Source of the DNA: Azolla caroliniana
Taxonomy: Eukaryota > Plantae > Polypodiophyta
DNA: 64,000 nt
Assembly: GCA_043228905.1 (NCBI GenBank)
Contig: JBHGNT010000001.1
Span: 17,670,001 to 17,734,000 of the forward strand
Direction of reading: 5' to 3'
Part shown: one piece after another, positions 24,201 to 38,619 of the stretch
Position numbering within the stretch: the first letter of the stretch is position 1
Layout: every line of letters begins with the position of its first letter
Translations under genes and position numbers: made by a program
The notes under the pieces: model-generated
Told to the model about the DNA's origin: nothing
The model's database searches: none
What the model saw: only the letters and a program-made list of their open reading frames with translations

Positions 24201-26253
24201 TATTGCGATCCTGCATGTGACTTTGTGTCCACTTGACACACATCAGTATGCACCAACTCCAGTGGTGCATTACGTCTCATCGATGGCCTCGATCGGAAGG
24301 AGGTCCGGTTTTGCTTTCCGGCCAGACAATCAATGCACTTCTCCAAGTGCACGTTCTTCAATGGAATGAGGTTGTCGTTTGCAAGCCTCTTCATCCCCTT
24401 CTCACTCATGTGACACAACCTTTTGTGCCACAACTCACCGGCAGTGTCGGATGCCACGTTCACTTCCTCCGGACATAACCGGGCATTCATCAGGTACAAC
24501 GTGTTTACCTTCCGGGCCCGAGCCACAATCAGGCTCCCTTTGCTGAACTTCATAACACCGTTCCGGATGCTACCCGTGTAGCCTTCATCATCTAGCCCAC
24601 TGACTGATATCAGGTTCAGACGAACCTCCGAAACGTGTCAGACATCCTTCAACATCATCTTGCATCGGGTTGGTGTTGTCAACCACATGTCTCCTGTGCC
24701 GACAATTCGGCATGTACCTTCATTCCCCATCCGGACACAGCCATGATCACCCGCTGAGTAGGATGAGAAGCATTTCCGGTCCGGGGTAAGGTGGAACGAC
24801 GCTCCGGAGTCGACCACCCAAGTCATCTCGTTGCCGGCAAGGTTTATCTCACTCTCCTCGGTGATGAGCATCAACTCTTCTTCACTTGTCGCGATAGTCG
24901 TAGTTCCCTTCCGGTCTGGCCCCCTCTGGTCTTTACCGTTCCGGTCCGGTGTCCGCTTCGAATCGGTACCATCGGTTTCCTTATCTTTTCGGAAATGCCG
25001 AGAGTTCTTCTAGAAGTGTCCCGACTTGCCGCAATAGAAGCAAGTAGGCCTCCCCCTTGACTTTGACCGCGTCCCCGACTTTTCCCGGTTCTCGGGACTA
25101 CGGTTTCTATGTCTTCCGTGTTCTGATTTGGTAAGGAGCGCTTTGGAGTCGGAGCTCATATCCTTATCTTTCCGATGCGCCTCCTCATCTAACAAGCTCG
25201 ACTTCACTCTTGCTAGGGATAACCGTTTCCCTTCCGGCCCGGCGTTGCCCAAAGTGACAACCAACGTCTCCTAGCTATCTGGGAGGGAACCGAGCAGGAG
25301 TAGCGCTAGTACCTCATCGGCGAGAGGTACTTCCAATGATGTTGCCTGGTGGATCATCCCTTGGAAGGCATTCATGTGCTCCCCAGAGCTCATGAGCCTT
25401 GCTCTCTTCATTGAAGTTGTTGTATAGGCTCATGTCGATGAAGCATCGTATGTACGCCGTTGTCTTCATGTGCATCACCTCCCATATTGTGGCGTCGATT
25501 TTGTCCGGTCTCTTGTCCCTGAACTGAACCGGAAACCAAAGATCTTTAACCACGAGCATGTCCCTCATCTTCGACTTCCACACCGAATAGTTGGAGCCGG
25601 TGAGCTTGAACATGCCTCCCAACGAAATGTCCATTTTCTGTGTCGTTTCGCTCTGATACCACTTTGATAGGAACTACATGCTCCCGTTGCACAACGCTCG
25701 GCGACAACCGAGCCTAGAATAATTCACAGAAAACAAGGAATGAAACACAACACGATAGAGAGAAGAGTACACAGGATGTTTACGTGGAAAACCCAAACTC
25801 GGAAAAAAACCACGGCAGCCCACAGGCTGCAAACTATCACTAGGTTACAGTGTACAATAGTGAGCTCACGGAGGCAACGACCTCGTGCTCACGATCTTCG
25901 CCACCGGCGGCGGTTACAACAGAGGCAGCGACCTCTTCCTCTCTCTCTCTCTCTCTCAGTGTTACACGCTCTCAAGTCTTGCACCAACAAGAATGACAAC
26001 CAACACTAAAGTTTGCCCTAAGTCATATTTATACTAATATGACTTTTCAGCTATTTACAAATATAGCCACGATGTACTCTCAAGAACATATTTACGAATA
26101 TGTCTCTTCATCCGGTTCTCACCGGGTCTTCACCATCCGGAGACTCGTCATCCGGTTCTCACCGGGTCTGCACCATCCGGCTCTCCGCAACCGGGTACTC
26201 TTCATCCAGTTCTCACCGGGTCTTCACCATCCGGAGGGACCTGTTTCCTAACA
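21250..26253 (-). mobile_element. Copia element C (decayed, pol closely related to D), nested in B
   Basis: LTRs at 21250-21744 and 25665-26253. TSD TGCAC. PBS at ~25650-25661. PPT after 21744. Fragmented gag-pol. Confidence 0.93.
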
Positions 26254-28071
26254 TGCACGATAATCTGACCCTCCTCCACGATGAAGCACCCGAGGTGCGT
26301 AAACCGCACCTGCATTCCCTAGTCGACGACCTGTCTGACTGACACCAGGTTCTTCGTGATAGTCGGAACGTGTAATACGTTCATCAGCTTCCCCCTTTGT
26401 CCGACGTGGCTCAGGGAACTTCTGCAACATGTACGATAGGGTGAGGAGTGTCGTCTCCAGTTTCGACAACTCCCGGTTGTTCCGGTTTCTCCAAGAAGGA
26501 GAACCACTCTTTGTGGTTCGTCATGTGATTTGACGCACCGGAATCAACGTACCACGCTTCCTCCGATTTGGAAGTGGTCTTCTTCATCGAGTTAGCCTCG
26601 TGTTTCATCCCCAAGGTTGGCCCCTTACCGGTCTTCCCGGTTCCGGATCCTTTCGATCCTTGCACGTAGTGCGACTTTTGTTGGTTCTCTCGACCAGTTT
26701 TGCCAGATCCAGATCTGTCTGAATCGGCGTGCTTCTTCCAACAGTCAATTTCTCTGTGGCCCTTTTTGCCACAATACCAACATTTTGTGGCGGATTTGTC
26801 TTGTCGGGCTCCGGCTCCACCTTGACTCCCCCTGCTTGTGAAAGTCCCGGAACTACTGTCGGCACGGTCTCTGTGCCGTCGGTCTTGCCCTTGTCGGCCA
26901 CCTCCATTGCACACCGACCCGCCTCGTCCACCACGCCCATAGGGTCGATCCGCCTCCGTGTACAACATCCGGTTGTCAGTGGGTGCACTTGTTGACGCAT
27001 CGGCGTGGTTCTCCTCTACAAGGAGCATCGACAATAAGTCGAAAATGACGGCGCATTCTCCCTCGTGCATATAGCTGTCCGGAAAGCTCAGAACTTAGAC
27101 GCCAAACCCCCAAGACATACCTGTACCATCTCGTTTTCCTCTACCGTGACGTTGATAGAGGCAAGCGAGTCACAAATCTCTTTGATTCGGGCAGTGTAAT
27201 CAGCCACCGAGATGTCCTTCTGTCGGACATTGCTCAACTCCTGTCGGAGTTGCAGCTTCCGGGTTGTAGTGCTTGTGGCGAACACCTTCTTCAGGTTTCC
27301 CCAAGCCTCTTTCGGCATCTTGGCATCTCGGACGTGGCTCAATAGCTGGTCTCCGACACTGGACACAAAGCAGTACATCACTCTGCTTGCCGATTGTTCC
27401 CACACCGGGAAGTCCTTGTGTGCCTCATCAAGTGCTGTGTTGTTAGCTCCGTCGACATAGCTCCAGTAACCATGCCAAGTAGGTACTGGTGCACCTTGTA
27501 TGACCAAGATGCGTAGTTAGATCTATCGAGCTTCTCCACAGGAAGCGAGCTAGCCATTCCTCTATCCATTGTTTTTTTCTTTTTGTTCTTTACAAAGGTT
27601 AGGTTTTCTTCTTGCCAAAGCGTATGTCGGCTGCAAAGGTTCTCAACCCTCACACTCTGATACCATGTAAAAATAAATAGCGTGCGGAAGCAATAGAAAA
27701 CATAAAACAGAGAACAAGTTTAATGGAGAGCTTAACAGTATGCGGGAGAGACAGAGAGAGCAGAACAAGAATCACTATTCAAAAATTATATCAACACTCT
27801 GTACATAGTATGTGTTCAACGAACACTTTTATACAAGTCCATATGGACTGACAGAAGTACGGTGTACTTCAATGCTCACTCGAGCGTCTGACCCTAACTA
27901 CGAGAGTATTAACTCCCTAGTAGTCTAGCTACTACTAGGCTTCCGATTACTGATGGATCCGGCTAACCGGCTCCCCAGCTCACCGGGTGCTCACCGGCTC
28001 ACCGATCCGTCTCGCTTACCGGCTCAGGCTTATTCAGCCGATCCGGCTCCAATTGAGCTTGCCGCTCAACA

Positions 28072-29445
28072 CCCCGACCGGCCTTGCCTGATCCGAATTT
28101 GTCCGAATTGGCGCGCTTCTTCCAGCACTCGCTCTCTCCGTGGCCCTTCCAGCCACATTACCAACATTCCATTGCGGTCTTCTCTTGTTGGATCCCGGCA
28201 CTGCCTTGACTCCCCCTGCTTGTGGAGGGTTTGGAATTGTCGTCGACACCATCATTGTACCTCTAGTTCTGCTCTTGTCAGCCACTTCGACCGCGTGCTG
28301 ACCCACCTCGTCCTCCACACCCACGGGGCTGAACCGTCTCTGTGTACAACATCCGGTAGTCCGATTGATTGGTCCTCGACCCACTCATGTGGTTTTCTTT
28401 GACCATTAGCATCCATTGCAGGTCGAAGAAGGAAAATGGTTTCTCCCGAGTGCAAATAGTCATCCAGATAAGCCCGTACCTTTGCGCTAGACCACCAAGG
28501 CACATCAAAACTATTTCGTCTTCATGCACCATGAGATTGATGGACCCTAATGTGTCGCAGATCTCCTTTACCTTCGTGGTGTAGTCGGTCACCAACATGT
28601 CCATTTGTCGGATACAATTGAGCTCTTGCCTGAGCTACAACTTCCGAGCCGTGGTACTTGTTGCGAAAATCTTTTCAGATTTTCCCAGGCCTCCTTTGGC
28701 ATCTTCACGTCTCTAATGTAGCCAAGCATCTGGTCATGCATGCAAGATGAGAAACAATATAACACTCTGGTCGCTCCTTGTTCCCCCACCGAAAAGTCCT
28801 TGTGTGTTGACTTCGGTGCTGCTACATTTGCTCCTTCTACATAGCTCTAGTAGTCGTGCCCCAACAAATACTCGCGCATCTTGTACGACCAAGACGCATA
28901 GTAGCTCTGGTCAAGATTTTCCGTAGGAAGCGAGCTTGTGATGTTTCTGTCCATTTCTTTTCTTCTTTTCTTTTCCGAAAATGAGAACTTGTTTCTGTCT
29001 TGTTTGGTTGCTTTCCTTTCAGCTGTAGAGGAGTCTCAACCCTCATGCTCTGATACCATGTAAAAGTTATGTGCAGAAGTTATGCATACAATAGAATAAT
29101 GAACAGAAGGTTTAATAGATGGCTTAGAACGAAAGAAAACACAGAGTACTCGGGAGAGACAGAGAGAGCAAAAAACACAGAAACTTGATTCAAACAATAC
29201 AATGCGCTCTGTACATAGGATGTGCTTAGAGAGCACTTTTATACAAGTCCATACATACTGACATAAGTATTGACTCGTACTTCAATGTTCATCAATGAGC
29301 CCCTACACTAACTCCCAAAATATATTCTCCGCGGAATATCTATCCAACGGCCTCCTGGTTTACGCACCGATACGACCTTTAGTTATGCACGTAGTCTACG
29401 CTTTGGTTTACGCACCACACCCAATGTTGAGCTTGTATCTCAATA
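28072..29445 (-). mobile_element. Copia element A, 5' part (gag remnant, PBS, 5' LTR ~29059-29445)
   Basis: Gag fragments, then GCTCTGATACCA (PBS reverse complement) followed by TGTAAAAG. Confidence 0.8.
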
Positions 29446-29459
29446 ATATACATGTGTCA

Positions 29460-30262
29460 ACCAATAGGTTTTGAAAATAAGAAGCATCTAGAATATGTTT
29501 ATAAGCTGAAAAGGCTCTCTATGGACTGAAACAAGCACCGAGCGCAGGACACAGAACTTTCAGAATCTTTGAAAAAAATTGCTTTCAAAATGTCAAAGAC
29601 TGATCCATCATTGTATATAAAGAAGATGAATGATTGCATTGTTGTGATTTTGATTTATGTTGATGATTTAATCATTGGAGGTGATTCTATGGATGAAATA
29701 AGCAAGTTGAAAAAAAATCTGGAAATGCAATTTCATATGACGGATTTGGGAAAGCTGAAATATTTTCTTGGTATTGAGATAATCAGATTTGAAAGTGGAA
29801 TATATGTGCCACAAAAATAGTATGTTACAACTGTTCTAAGAAAATATGGAATGCTTGGATGCAAACCTATTGATGTACCACTAGATAAGAACTGCAAATT
29901 GAGGGCTGATTTGGGAGCAAATATTGCAGATGTGAACATGTATTGGTCTATGGTGGGTAGTCTCATATACTTGACTATAACAAAACCTGATTTGAGTTAT
30001 GCAGTTGGATTAATCAGCTAGTTTATGCAACAACCAACAAAGCCACATTTGAATTGCATTAGACGAATTTTGTGGTATGTAAAAGCTACTCAAAACTATG
30101 AACTGGGTTATAGGGCTGATATGGACATAAAGTTAGAAGGATATACAGATATTGATTGGGCTAGAAGCCAAATTGATAGAAGATCCACGAGTGGATATAT
30201 GTTTATATTGGGAAGTGTAGTTATTTCATGAAGTAGCAAGAAACAAGCTATTATTGCATTAT
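29460..30262 (+). mobile_element. Old AT-rich copia RT/RNase H fragment
   Basis: LYGLKQAP, LIYVDDLII and RRSTSGY motifs with stops. Confidence 0.85.
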
Positions 30263-33200
30263 TGTTGAGCAGGCAAGCTCAACTGGATCCGGATCGGTTG
30301 AATAAGCCAAAGCTGGATCAATATCCGGAGTAGAGAACCGGATTAGTGTTCGGATAAATTGGTATCTGAAACCTAGAGCCAGACCGGAGAACCGGATCGT
30401 ACTCCGTGAGAACCGGTAGGCCGTTGGAGGCCTACGGTCCGAGCCTAGTAGGTAGTGATAGGAATGCACGCTCCCTTTGCACAACACTCGGCCACAAATG
30501 AGTCTAAAATCAAACACAGAAAACGGGTAATGAACGCACGACATAGTGAAGAGAAGAATACACAGGATGTTAACGTGGAAAAAACCCAAACTAGGGGAAA
30601 AACCACAGCAGCCCACAGACTGCAAACTATCACTATCTCAGAATGTACAATAGTAAAGCACCTAGGCAACGACCTCTTCCTCTCTCTCTCTCTATCTGTA
30701 CACTGTTACACGCTCTACAATCTTGCACCAACAAGAATGACAACAACTATGCACTAAGTTTGCCCTAAGTCATACTTATGACTTTTCGGCTATTTACAAA
30801 TATATTTACGAATATGTCCCTTCATCCGGTGAGTACTTCTCACCGGGCCTTCACCATCCGGCTCTTGTCGGGTACTCGTCATCCGGTTCTCACCGGGTCT
30901 TCCATAGCCGGGTACTCGTCATCCGGTTCTCACCAGGTCTTCCGTAGCCGGGTACTCGTCATCCGGTTTCTCATCAACACTGTTCTTCTCACTTCCCATC
31001 CGGAGGGACCTGTTTCCTAACAGGTAGGCATATTCCTTGGAGCTAGTGTCAGTCACTCGTATGAGCCTTGAAATACATGTTAGTACTTCTGTCAGTCCTT
31101 TTAAGGATTTGTATAAAAAGTGTTCTGTAGGACATTGTATACAAAGAATATTATTATTTTTGAAGTGAGTTTTTGTGCGTCTCTCTCTCTCTCTCTCTCT
31201 CTCTCCGTCTCTCTTGTGTATTCAAGCTTTCCATTAAACCTCTATTCTATGTTCTGTTGTTATCCGGACTAGACGGTTTTGTCTTAGCTTCCGCACAACA
31301 TCTTTTACATGGTATCAGAGTGTGAGGGTTGAGAATCCTCTGCTTCCGATGACTGACGCTCACAAACAACCCAAACACCTGGTAAAGAACAAGGAGAGAA
31401 TGGACCAAGGAATGGTGAGCTCGCTTCCGACGGAGGAGTTCGACAAATACAACTATGCATCTTAGTCGTACAAGATGCACCTGTACCTGCTCAGGTGTGG
31501 CTACTGTAGTTATGTCGACGGAACTAACGATATGGCACCAAGTGTGGCACACAGGGACTTCCTAGCTTCGGAACAAGCGGCAAGCAGGGTAATGTATTGC
31601 TTCGTGTTCAGTGTCGGTGATCACCTGCTCAACCATATCCGGGATGCCAAGACACCAAAGGAAGCTTGGGGAAACCTGAAAAAGGTCTTCGCCGCAAGCA
31701 CCATGGCCCAGAAGCTTAAACTCCGATAGGAGTTGAGTAATGTCCAACAGAAGGACATGTCGGTGGCTGACTACATGCCCCGAATCAAAGAAATTTGCGA
31801 CTCACTTGCCTCCATCAATGTAATCATCGAGGAAGATGAGTTGGTGCAGGTCTCTCTCAAGGGCTTGGCGTTGATGTTCAGAGCATTCTGAACTGCGGTA
31901 TGTACAAGGGAGAATACACCCTCGTTTTTTTACTTACAATCGATGCTCCTTGTAAAGGAGAACCATGCTTGTGCGTTGAGGAGCACACACACCAATAACA
32001 AGATGTTCTACACAGAGGTAGAAAGGCCACGTGGTCGAGGCAGATCGGCATGCAATGCAGGCGGCCGACAAGAGTACAATCGGAGGCACAAAGATGGTGC
32101 CGATAGCAATTCCGTACCCTTTAGAAATAGGGGGAGTCAAAGTGGCACATGAAATTGACAAGGAAAGGCCGACACGGAATGCTCGTATTGTGGATGGAAA
32201 GGCTACAATGAAAGTGAGTGCTCGAAGAAGAGGGCTGATTCAGACAAAGCCGGATCGAGCTGGAAAGACACGGTTAGGCGTCATCGATTGCACTTCGCTG
32301 GAAGCTTGGAGGGAGCCGAGTCAGGACTGGCCCTCGTAATGAAGCATTAGGCCAACCAGATGGGAGTATCCAACTCGAAGTCGGAAGAAGTTTGGTATGT
32401 GGACTCTGGAGCTTCATACCACATGATGAACCACAAAGAGTGATTCTCTTTTCTCGAGCAGCTAGGGGTAGTCGAAACCGGAGACGACCCACATCCCATC
32501 GAGCACATCGGAGATGTCCCTTTGAACCATGTTGTCCAAAAAGGGGTCATGAAGAATGGCTTGCATGTCTCGAAGATCACCAAGAACTTGGTGTCAGTCA
32601 GCCAGATCGTAGATCAAGGAATGAAGGTCTGATTTATTCACCGTGGTTGCTTTATCGAGGAGGAAGGCCGGATCATCACGCAAGGGCATCGGGATGGAAG
32701 AATGTTCATCCTCAAAACCAATGATCTAGGCACCGCTATGTTTGCGGAAGGGCAGAAGGTCGAGTGGGAGCCGTCAACGTCAAGGTGAGATCACATTGGT
32801 CCAATCCCTGCATAGCTAGTGGAAGGGTGAGATCCACCAAACGACGATCAATTCTATTCCACATTGAGTCAAGTTTCGGGGTAGGTCCAATTCCTACTGT
32901 ATTTTTCGGAATGCATGAGATGAGTAACTGGCCAAAGGTTCAGGGGTCGAATACCTAACGATATAGTCGGGTTCAGGTTCTACTCTCCATTGTCTATCAA
33001 CGTTGGTCCACCTTATCTCATCGACCTTTGACATAAGCGGATTTGCCACACTTTCGAAAGCTTTGGGAAAAGTAGTCGGAACACGTGGTTTCTGGACTGC
33101 CGAACTTCAGTGGCCGAAAAGGTCAAGTATGTGAATCTTGCCAACTCGGGATGAAACATAGGCTTATGTTCCCAAATGAGAAGAATCGGAGCCGGAATCG

Positions 33201-34910
33201 CCTCGATCTCATCCATTCGGATGTGTGGTACTGGCTCAAAATGTGAGCATCAATGAGACTCGGCATTTCGTCTCCTTCATCGACGATTTCAGCCGGCACA
33301 CCTGGATCTACTTAATCGAGAAGAAGAGCGAAGTTTTCTCATGCTTCTGGGACTTAAAGAATCATGTAGAACGAGAAACTAGAAGGAAGATCAAGTGTCT
33401 GAGATCGGATGGTGGAAAAGAGTACTTTTCGGGCTAGTTCACGAGTTATCTACAGACGAACGGAATTCGACGAGAGTTCTCTTGTTAGACGACGGAACCG
33501 GAGCAGAACGACGTAGCTGAAAGATGGAATCGGACGATGGTAGAAGCGGCAAGGGTGATGCTAGAAGAGAAATGCATGGCCCGGATTTATTGGGCCGAAA
33601 CAATTTGGAGTGCCGTCTACAGATAAAATTGGACATCTGTCTCAGGCACAAAGGTGTCAGCGCACGAACTGTATTTCAAGCGGAAGCCAAATTTGGTGCA
33701 TCTTCGAGTATTCCGCAACATTGCCTATGTGCATGTGGTGGATGAGATGCAGAAGAAACTAGATGCAAAATCTTAGAAGTGTATCCTGGTTGGCTACTCC
33801 GATGAGCAAATGGGGTACAAGTGCTATAACCGCCGTTCGAAGCAAGTTCGAGTTAGCCATGATGTCGTTTTCGACGAATCCACATCTTGATACTTCTCAC
33901 CACCCGAACCCGAGCTGATTCCTGTGGACAACGCAATTGACTCCGGAACAGAAGGAAACATAGCGGAATCCGAACTGGATAGTCCGACATCCTTCTGGAT
34001 CAATGGACCGAATCCAGACTCATTGATCCGAAACGGTCAACCGGATGACGAGCCAACGAGTAGTGAAGACTCAGTTGCGCTGTCTCCGCGCAAGGAACCG
34101 AGGAGATGGTTCACACATAAAGAGAAAGTGAAGGAGAAGCTGCCAGAGTATGTCATCAACAAGAAAGAGTTGGATCGGAGCGAGTTTGACTCTGGAAAGA
34201 ACAAAGATAGAACTTCGTAAGAGAAGTTTGAGTCGGCCAAGAGGGCCACGAAATCGGCGAACTAGAAGTTACACCATTCCACCCGCCCAAAGCACCCCGT
34301 AATTTGTTATAGATATAATGAGTATATGGCGCATCATTATGCGTACATGGTGAAGGTGGCAGCCATGCGTGAGTCGGAGAGCTACATAGAAGCAACTAAG
34401 GATCATAACTGGCAGAAGACCATGGAGGAAGAGATGCACGCACCCATTGACAATGAGACATGGGACTTGGTGGACGTACCGAAAGAAGTGAAGCTGATCA
34501 GTTAACAGTGGGTGTATAAAGTCAATTTACAATGCCGACGGCTCCATCAACCGATACAAGGCCCGACTGGTGGCAAAAGGCTACGCACAACAACACAAAA
34601 TTGACTATGACGAGACCTTCGCGCCGGTCACGACGATGATGACTGTCTGTGTCTTGTTTGTGGTGGTAGCAGCGAAGGGGTGACATCCACATCAGATGGA
34701 TGTGAAAAACATGTTCTTGCAAGGCGACCTTGCGGAACAAGTGTATACGGTCCAACCCCCCGGATTTCCGTCTGGAATGAACACGTCAGCTATTTGCCAA
34801 CTAAAGAAGTCCCTTTATGGACTAAAGCAAGCCTCGCGTGCCTAGAACGCGAAGATCACGCAGTGACTGTGTCGGATGGGGTGCGTCAAAGTCAGACTCT
34901 TTATTGTTCA
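30263..34910 (+). mobile_element. Decayed copia element E (5' LTR 30263-31309, PBS at 31310, truncated in RT)
   Basis: TGTTGAG...TTTACA then TGGTATCAGAG. Gag, protease, integrase and RT fragments. Confidence 0.8.
30456..31022 (-). repeat. Solo LTR of the element C family
   Basis: TGATAGG...CCTAACA flanked by TSD GGTAG at 30451-30455 and 31023-31027. Confidence 0.9.
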
Positions 34911-35699
34911 TCCTGCGAGGAGTGCAAATTAACCCAGTCAACTCATTTAGCACTTCGTCTTTGAAGTGCTCATTTTTTCAATAGCACAAGCAGGCCATTG
35001 TTGGGAAGGCTTTACTTCACAAATAGGAATATAATACTAATAAAAAAAATCAAATGCTATATTAGAAGATGGTTTAGATCTGTAGTGTCAAAGGTTCGAA
35101 TCTCTAATATATGGTACAAGCCTTGAATATGAATGATGCATCTACATTGAACCGTTGTAAAATCTATTGAAACATCAATAAAATCAATTGAGTGAGTTAA
35201 CCGTGGTACTTCGTATGGAGCCATGTGGCAGTAAATGTGGCAACATGTGAATCACATGCAACGGGTCTTTTGAGATGTATATATAGACTCTCGAGCCAAT
35301 TGTAAGGGGGAGCAACAAAAAGGAAATCGAGGAAAGGGGGGGATTCAAGAAGAGCGATAAACTCTACTATGGTAGGTTGTACCCAAGGGTTTGAATTTTT
35401 AGGATGAGATCTATAAACTCTACTATGGTAGGTAGAATGTATGCAATGAGTCTAGATTGAATGCTTAGTTATTATATGTTTGAGAATCAAATAAGCTTGG
35501 AACATAGGTTGCCCAAATAAGCTTGGAACATAGGTACAAAAAACTAATAAAGCAAAGTCCTTTCATCTGGCTGGGTGCATGAGATTATGAAAACTGTATA
35601 TCATGTACAATAGGTATCACATATTAATAGACCCACTAATTTAGAAATTTCTAATTATCTAAATTTTATTGATTTGTAGAACATAAAGACTTACGAAAA

Positions 35700-38385
35700 T
35701 GCCCCCCATTAAGAACAAATATTGGGATATCCATTGTCTGAATGTCACAAAAAGTTCAATCAACAAACATATGCACAGGTCAACACCATGAATGATTGCT
35801 CATATAATCGGAAAACCTAGCCATGGAGTAACGAAATGTATCAATGTCCCCAAAGAAATGTTGATTGAACTTACAACTTTGTATGGTAATTGTGGAAGCC
35901 GAGCAATTGGCGAAGAAGAAGATATAGTAGCAAAGATTGACTCATTCAACGTGCTTGAACAAGGTAGACAGGAGCCTACAATAGGTGTCTTGATTACTAA
36001 TGTTTAAATAATTGTAAATGATTTATCTTGAAATTTTTTCTCTTTTAGGTGTTTCATCCTCAAGCTCATCTACCTTTGTTGGTCAAAGTCAAACTATGTC
36101 ATGTATAGGTGGTGGTAGTCGCCAACCATATCCACCAACAATGATAACGAAACAACAATCATTGCGTAAAGGACATGTGTACAAATGCAAAGGAAACAAC
36201 ATGCAAACGTTATGAAGGTGAGATGTATCATTGAAGCAATTTGTTGTTTAATCTACTAAAAACACCATGTTGGCGGAACATGTTAGAAGCTTTCTCTAGA
36301 ATTTGAGAGAAACATAATGGAATCACATCTAATTACGTGAGGAAGAAAGGCTTGAAAACTAAGGTTATATCCTTGCAACCAAAGTTAGAAAGGGTAAGGT
36401 GATTATGGCCCAAGTATGGTTGTTCTATACTAACATATGGATGAGTTGATGTTTCTCATAGGCAACTTGTAAATGTCCTCGTATCATCTTGTTATGGGAC
36501 AATGTTCCTCAAGTCCATTGATTGCAGTCATGCTAATACAACCAACTATTGGTGAGCTGAAAGAATTTCAGAGGCAATTAGAGAGGTTGGTAAGGAAAAT
36601 GTGGTCCAAGTCATTTCAGACAATACGTCTAGTTGTGTTTGCATGGGGTTTTTGCTAGAATCAGAGTTCCCTAATATTGTTTGGACTCCATGTGCAACAC
36701 ATTCTTTGGATTTGCCTTTGGAGAACATTGGTCAGTTGCCTTCATTGAAAAGTATTATGATGAAATCAAATAATATTGCACATATTTTTTTGCAAGAAGA
36801 GGAACACTAGATTTTTTTTCCTGCTCATAGTAACTTCGCCATCTTGAGACCTTCCAAGACAAGGTTTGGTGTGATGTAGATTGTTATAGAACGTTTGCTC
36901 AAAGTTTGGCATCCTCTTGAGCAAACAGTGGTGAGTGACATGTGGAGGTTTTGGTCACATTGCGATAAGCCAGATGCAACGAATGTAAAGAACTACATCC
37001 TTGATCCTACTACTGAGTCCTCATTTGAAGTTGTTTTTACCCTAATGGCACCATTGTATAGTGTTTTACGACTTATTGATAGGGAGGGATCCACTATTGG
37101 TTTGTTATATGAGTTTATGCGAAGAAGCAAAGATGTTTTAGCAAAAGGAGTGGAAGAAAACATCCCCCACAAATCCAAGTAAGTTTCATATTTATTTTAA
37201 TTTGTTATGGTTTCCTAAAATTAAACCTTCAAACGTTTGTTCACGTTTTAAGATTAGTTCATTTTGTAATACCCTTTTAGGTATGAAGATGTTTTGAAGT
37301 TATTTGATATATGATGGAAATGGTTCAAGAGGTCAATCCACCTTGTAGCTCATTTGTTGCATTCGAGGGGGGCACATTTATTAACCCTGAGTTAATGGAT
37401 GCATGGGAGCTATAGGGATAAATTGTACCCGCACTTGGCTGTGATATCTTATTTCGTGAATTGCATGATTATCAGAATGGTACGGGGACATTCAGTTATG
37501 CATTAGCACGTGAGGAGATATCTATGATGACACCAGTCACATGGTGGGAAAAGTTTGGTGGAAGAACTCCAAAGCTCCAAGCAGTAGTTGTCTGCATATT
37601 ATCCCAAGTAAGTGTCAAGTGTTGAAAAAATGATCAATTTTATACTTCAAGTTCTAAAATAGCTCACTTTTGTGTACTACATTTTAATTCATATTTTACT
37701 TTTTATTAGGATTTCTCTTCTGGGGCAATGGAAAGGAATTGGAATGCACATGCTCTTGCACATACAAAAAATAGAAACAGACTAAAGCTAGCACAACTTG
37801 AACAATTGGTATATGTCCGAGAGAACTTAAGGCTAGTTTGTAATTTTGAGAATGTGAATGCATCTCCAATGCATGCATTGTTTTATTTATTCTTTTTATA
37901 ATTTATATTCCTCAAATTTCTTAAGTACTAGTAACTAGTTTGTGATACTTAGAAGTTAAAGCTTTTATAAACTTGTTTGCAGGTGAATCCAAATGAGATA
38001 GATGTCTCTAAGACTCATGATATTCCATCTATTTTCAAGATATGGATAGAGAATTCTATGAAACTTATTTTCAAGAAACAATGAGCTTGAGAAGAAGGAC
38101 AAGGAGCACGACAAGATCACATACGACTACATCAACTGATGGAGTCCCTACTAATCGAGTACGAAGGCAAAGGCCAAGAAGAGATGATGAGCGGTCTTCT
38201 TGTAATAGGAGAATAACATGATCAAGTACATTTGCTTCTTTACCTCTAGATGATCAAGATAATGTCAATGCAATAGAAGAAGCAGTTAATACTAATTATG
38301 ATGATCTTTCTGACGAAGAACTTGTGTTGATGTCATCAACTAACACCGAATTTGATGATGAAGATGGTGATGAGGACGAGATCTA
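35700..38385 (+). pseudogene. Decayed intron-containing hAT transposase (DUF659-like plus C-terminal dimerisation region)
   Basis: VVQVISDN, WTPCATHSLDL, RPSKTRFG, WWEKFGGRTPKLQ and SSSGAMERNW motifs. Many stops and frameshifts. Boundaries approximate. Confidence 0.8.
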
Positions 38386-38619
38386 AAGACTAATACTTCT
38401 AATTTCTATAAGTTATTATTAGGCTCAATAACCTTATGCTACTTTTCTTTGATCTAAGATCCATTTTGATACATTATACATAGTTCCAATTATATCAATA
38501 TCGTATTTTATTAAAGTAAAGTTTTCATCATGTGCTTTTTTTTTTACCTTAATTTACTTTCATGGACCTTGAAATATTTGATGTTATGTGTTCTTAAGGT
38601 TTTTGTTCTAATTTTTTTG

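Larger units (their letters stand above)
3610..28071 (-). mobile_element. Copia element B (decayed, RT partly deleted), host of the DNA transposon and of element C
   Basis: TSD CCCCG at 3605-3609 and 28072-28076. 5' LTR 27666-28071 with a tRNA-iMet PBS at ~27655-27665. 3' LTR split as 3610-3787 plus 18205-18442, with the PPT just after 18442. Gag, protease, integrase and RNase H fragments on the minus strand. Confidence 0.9.
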
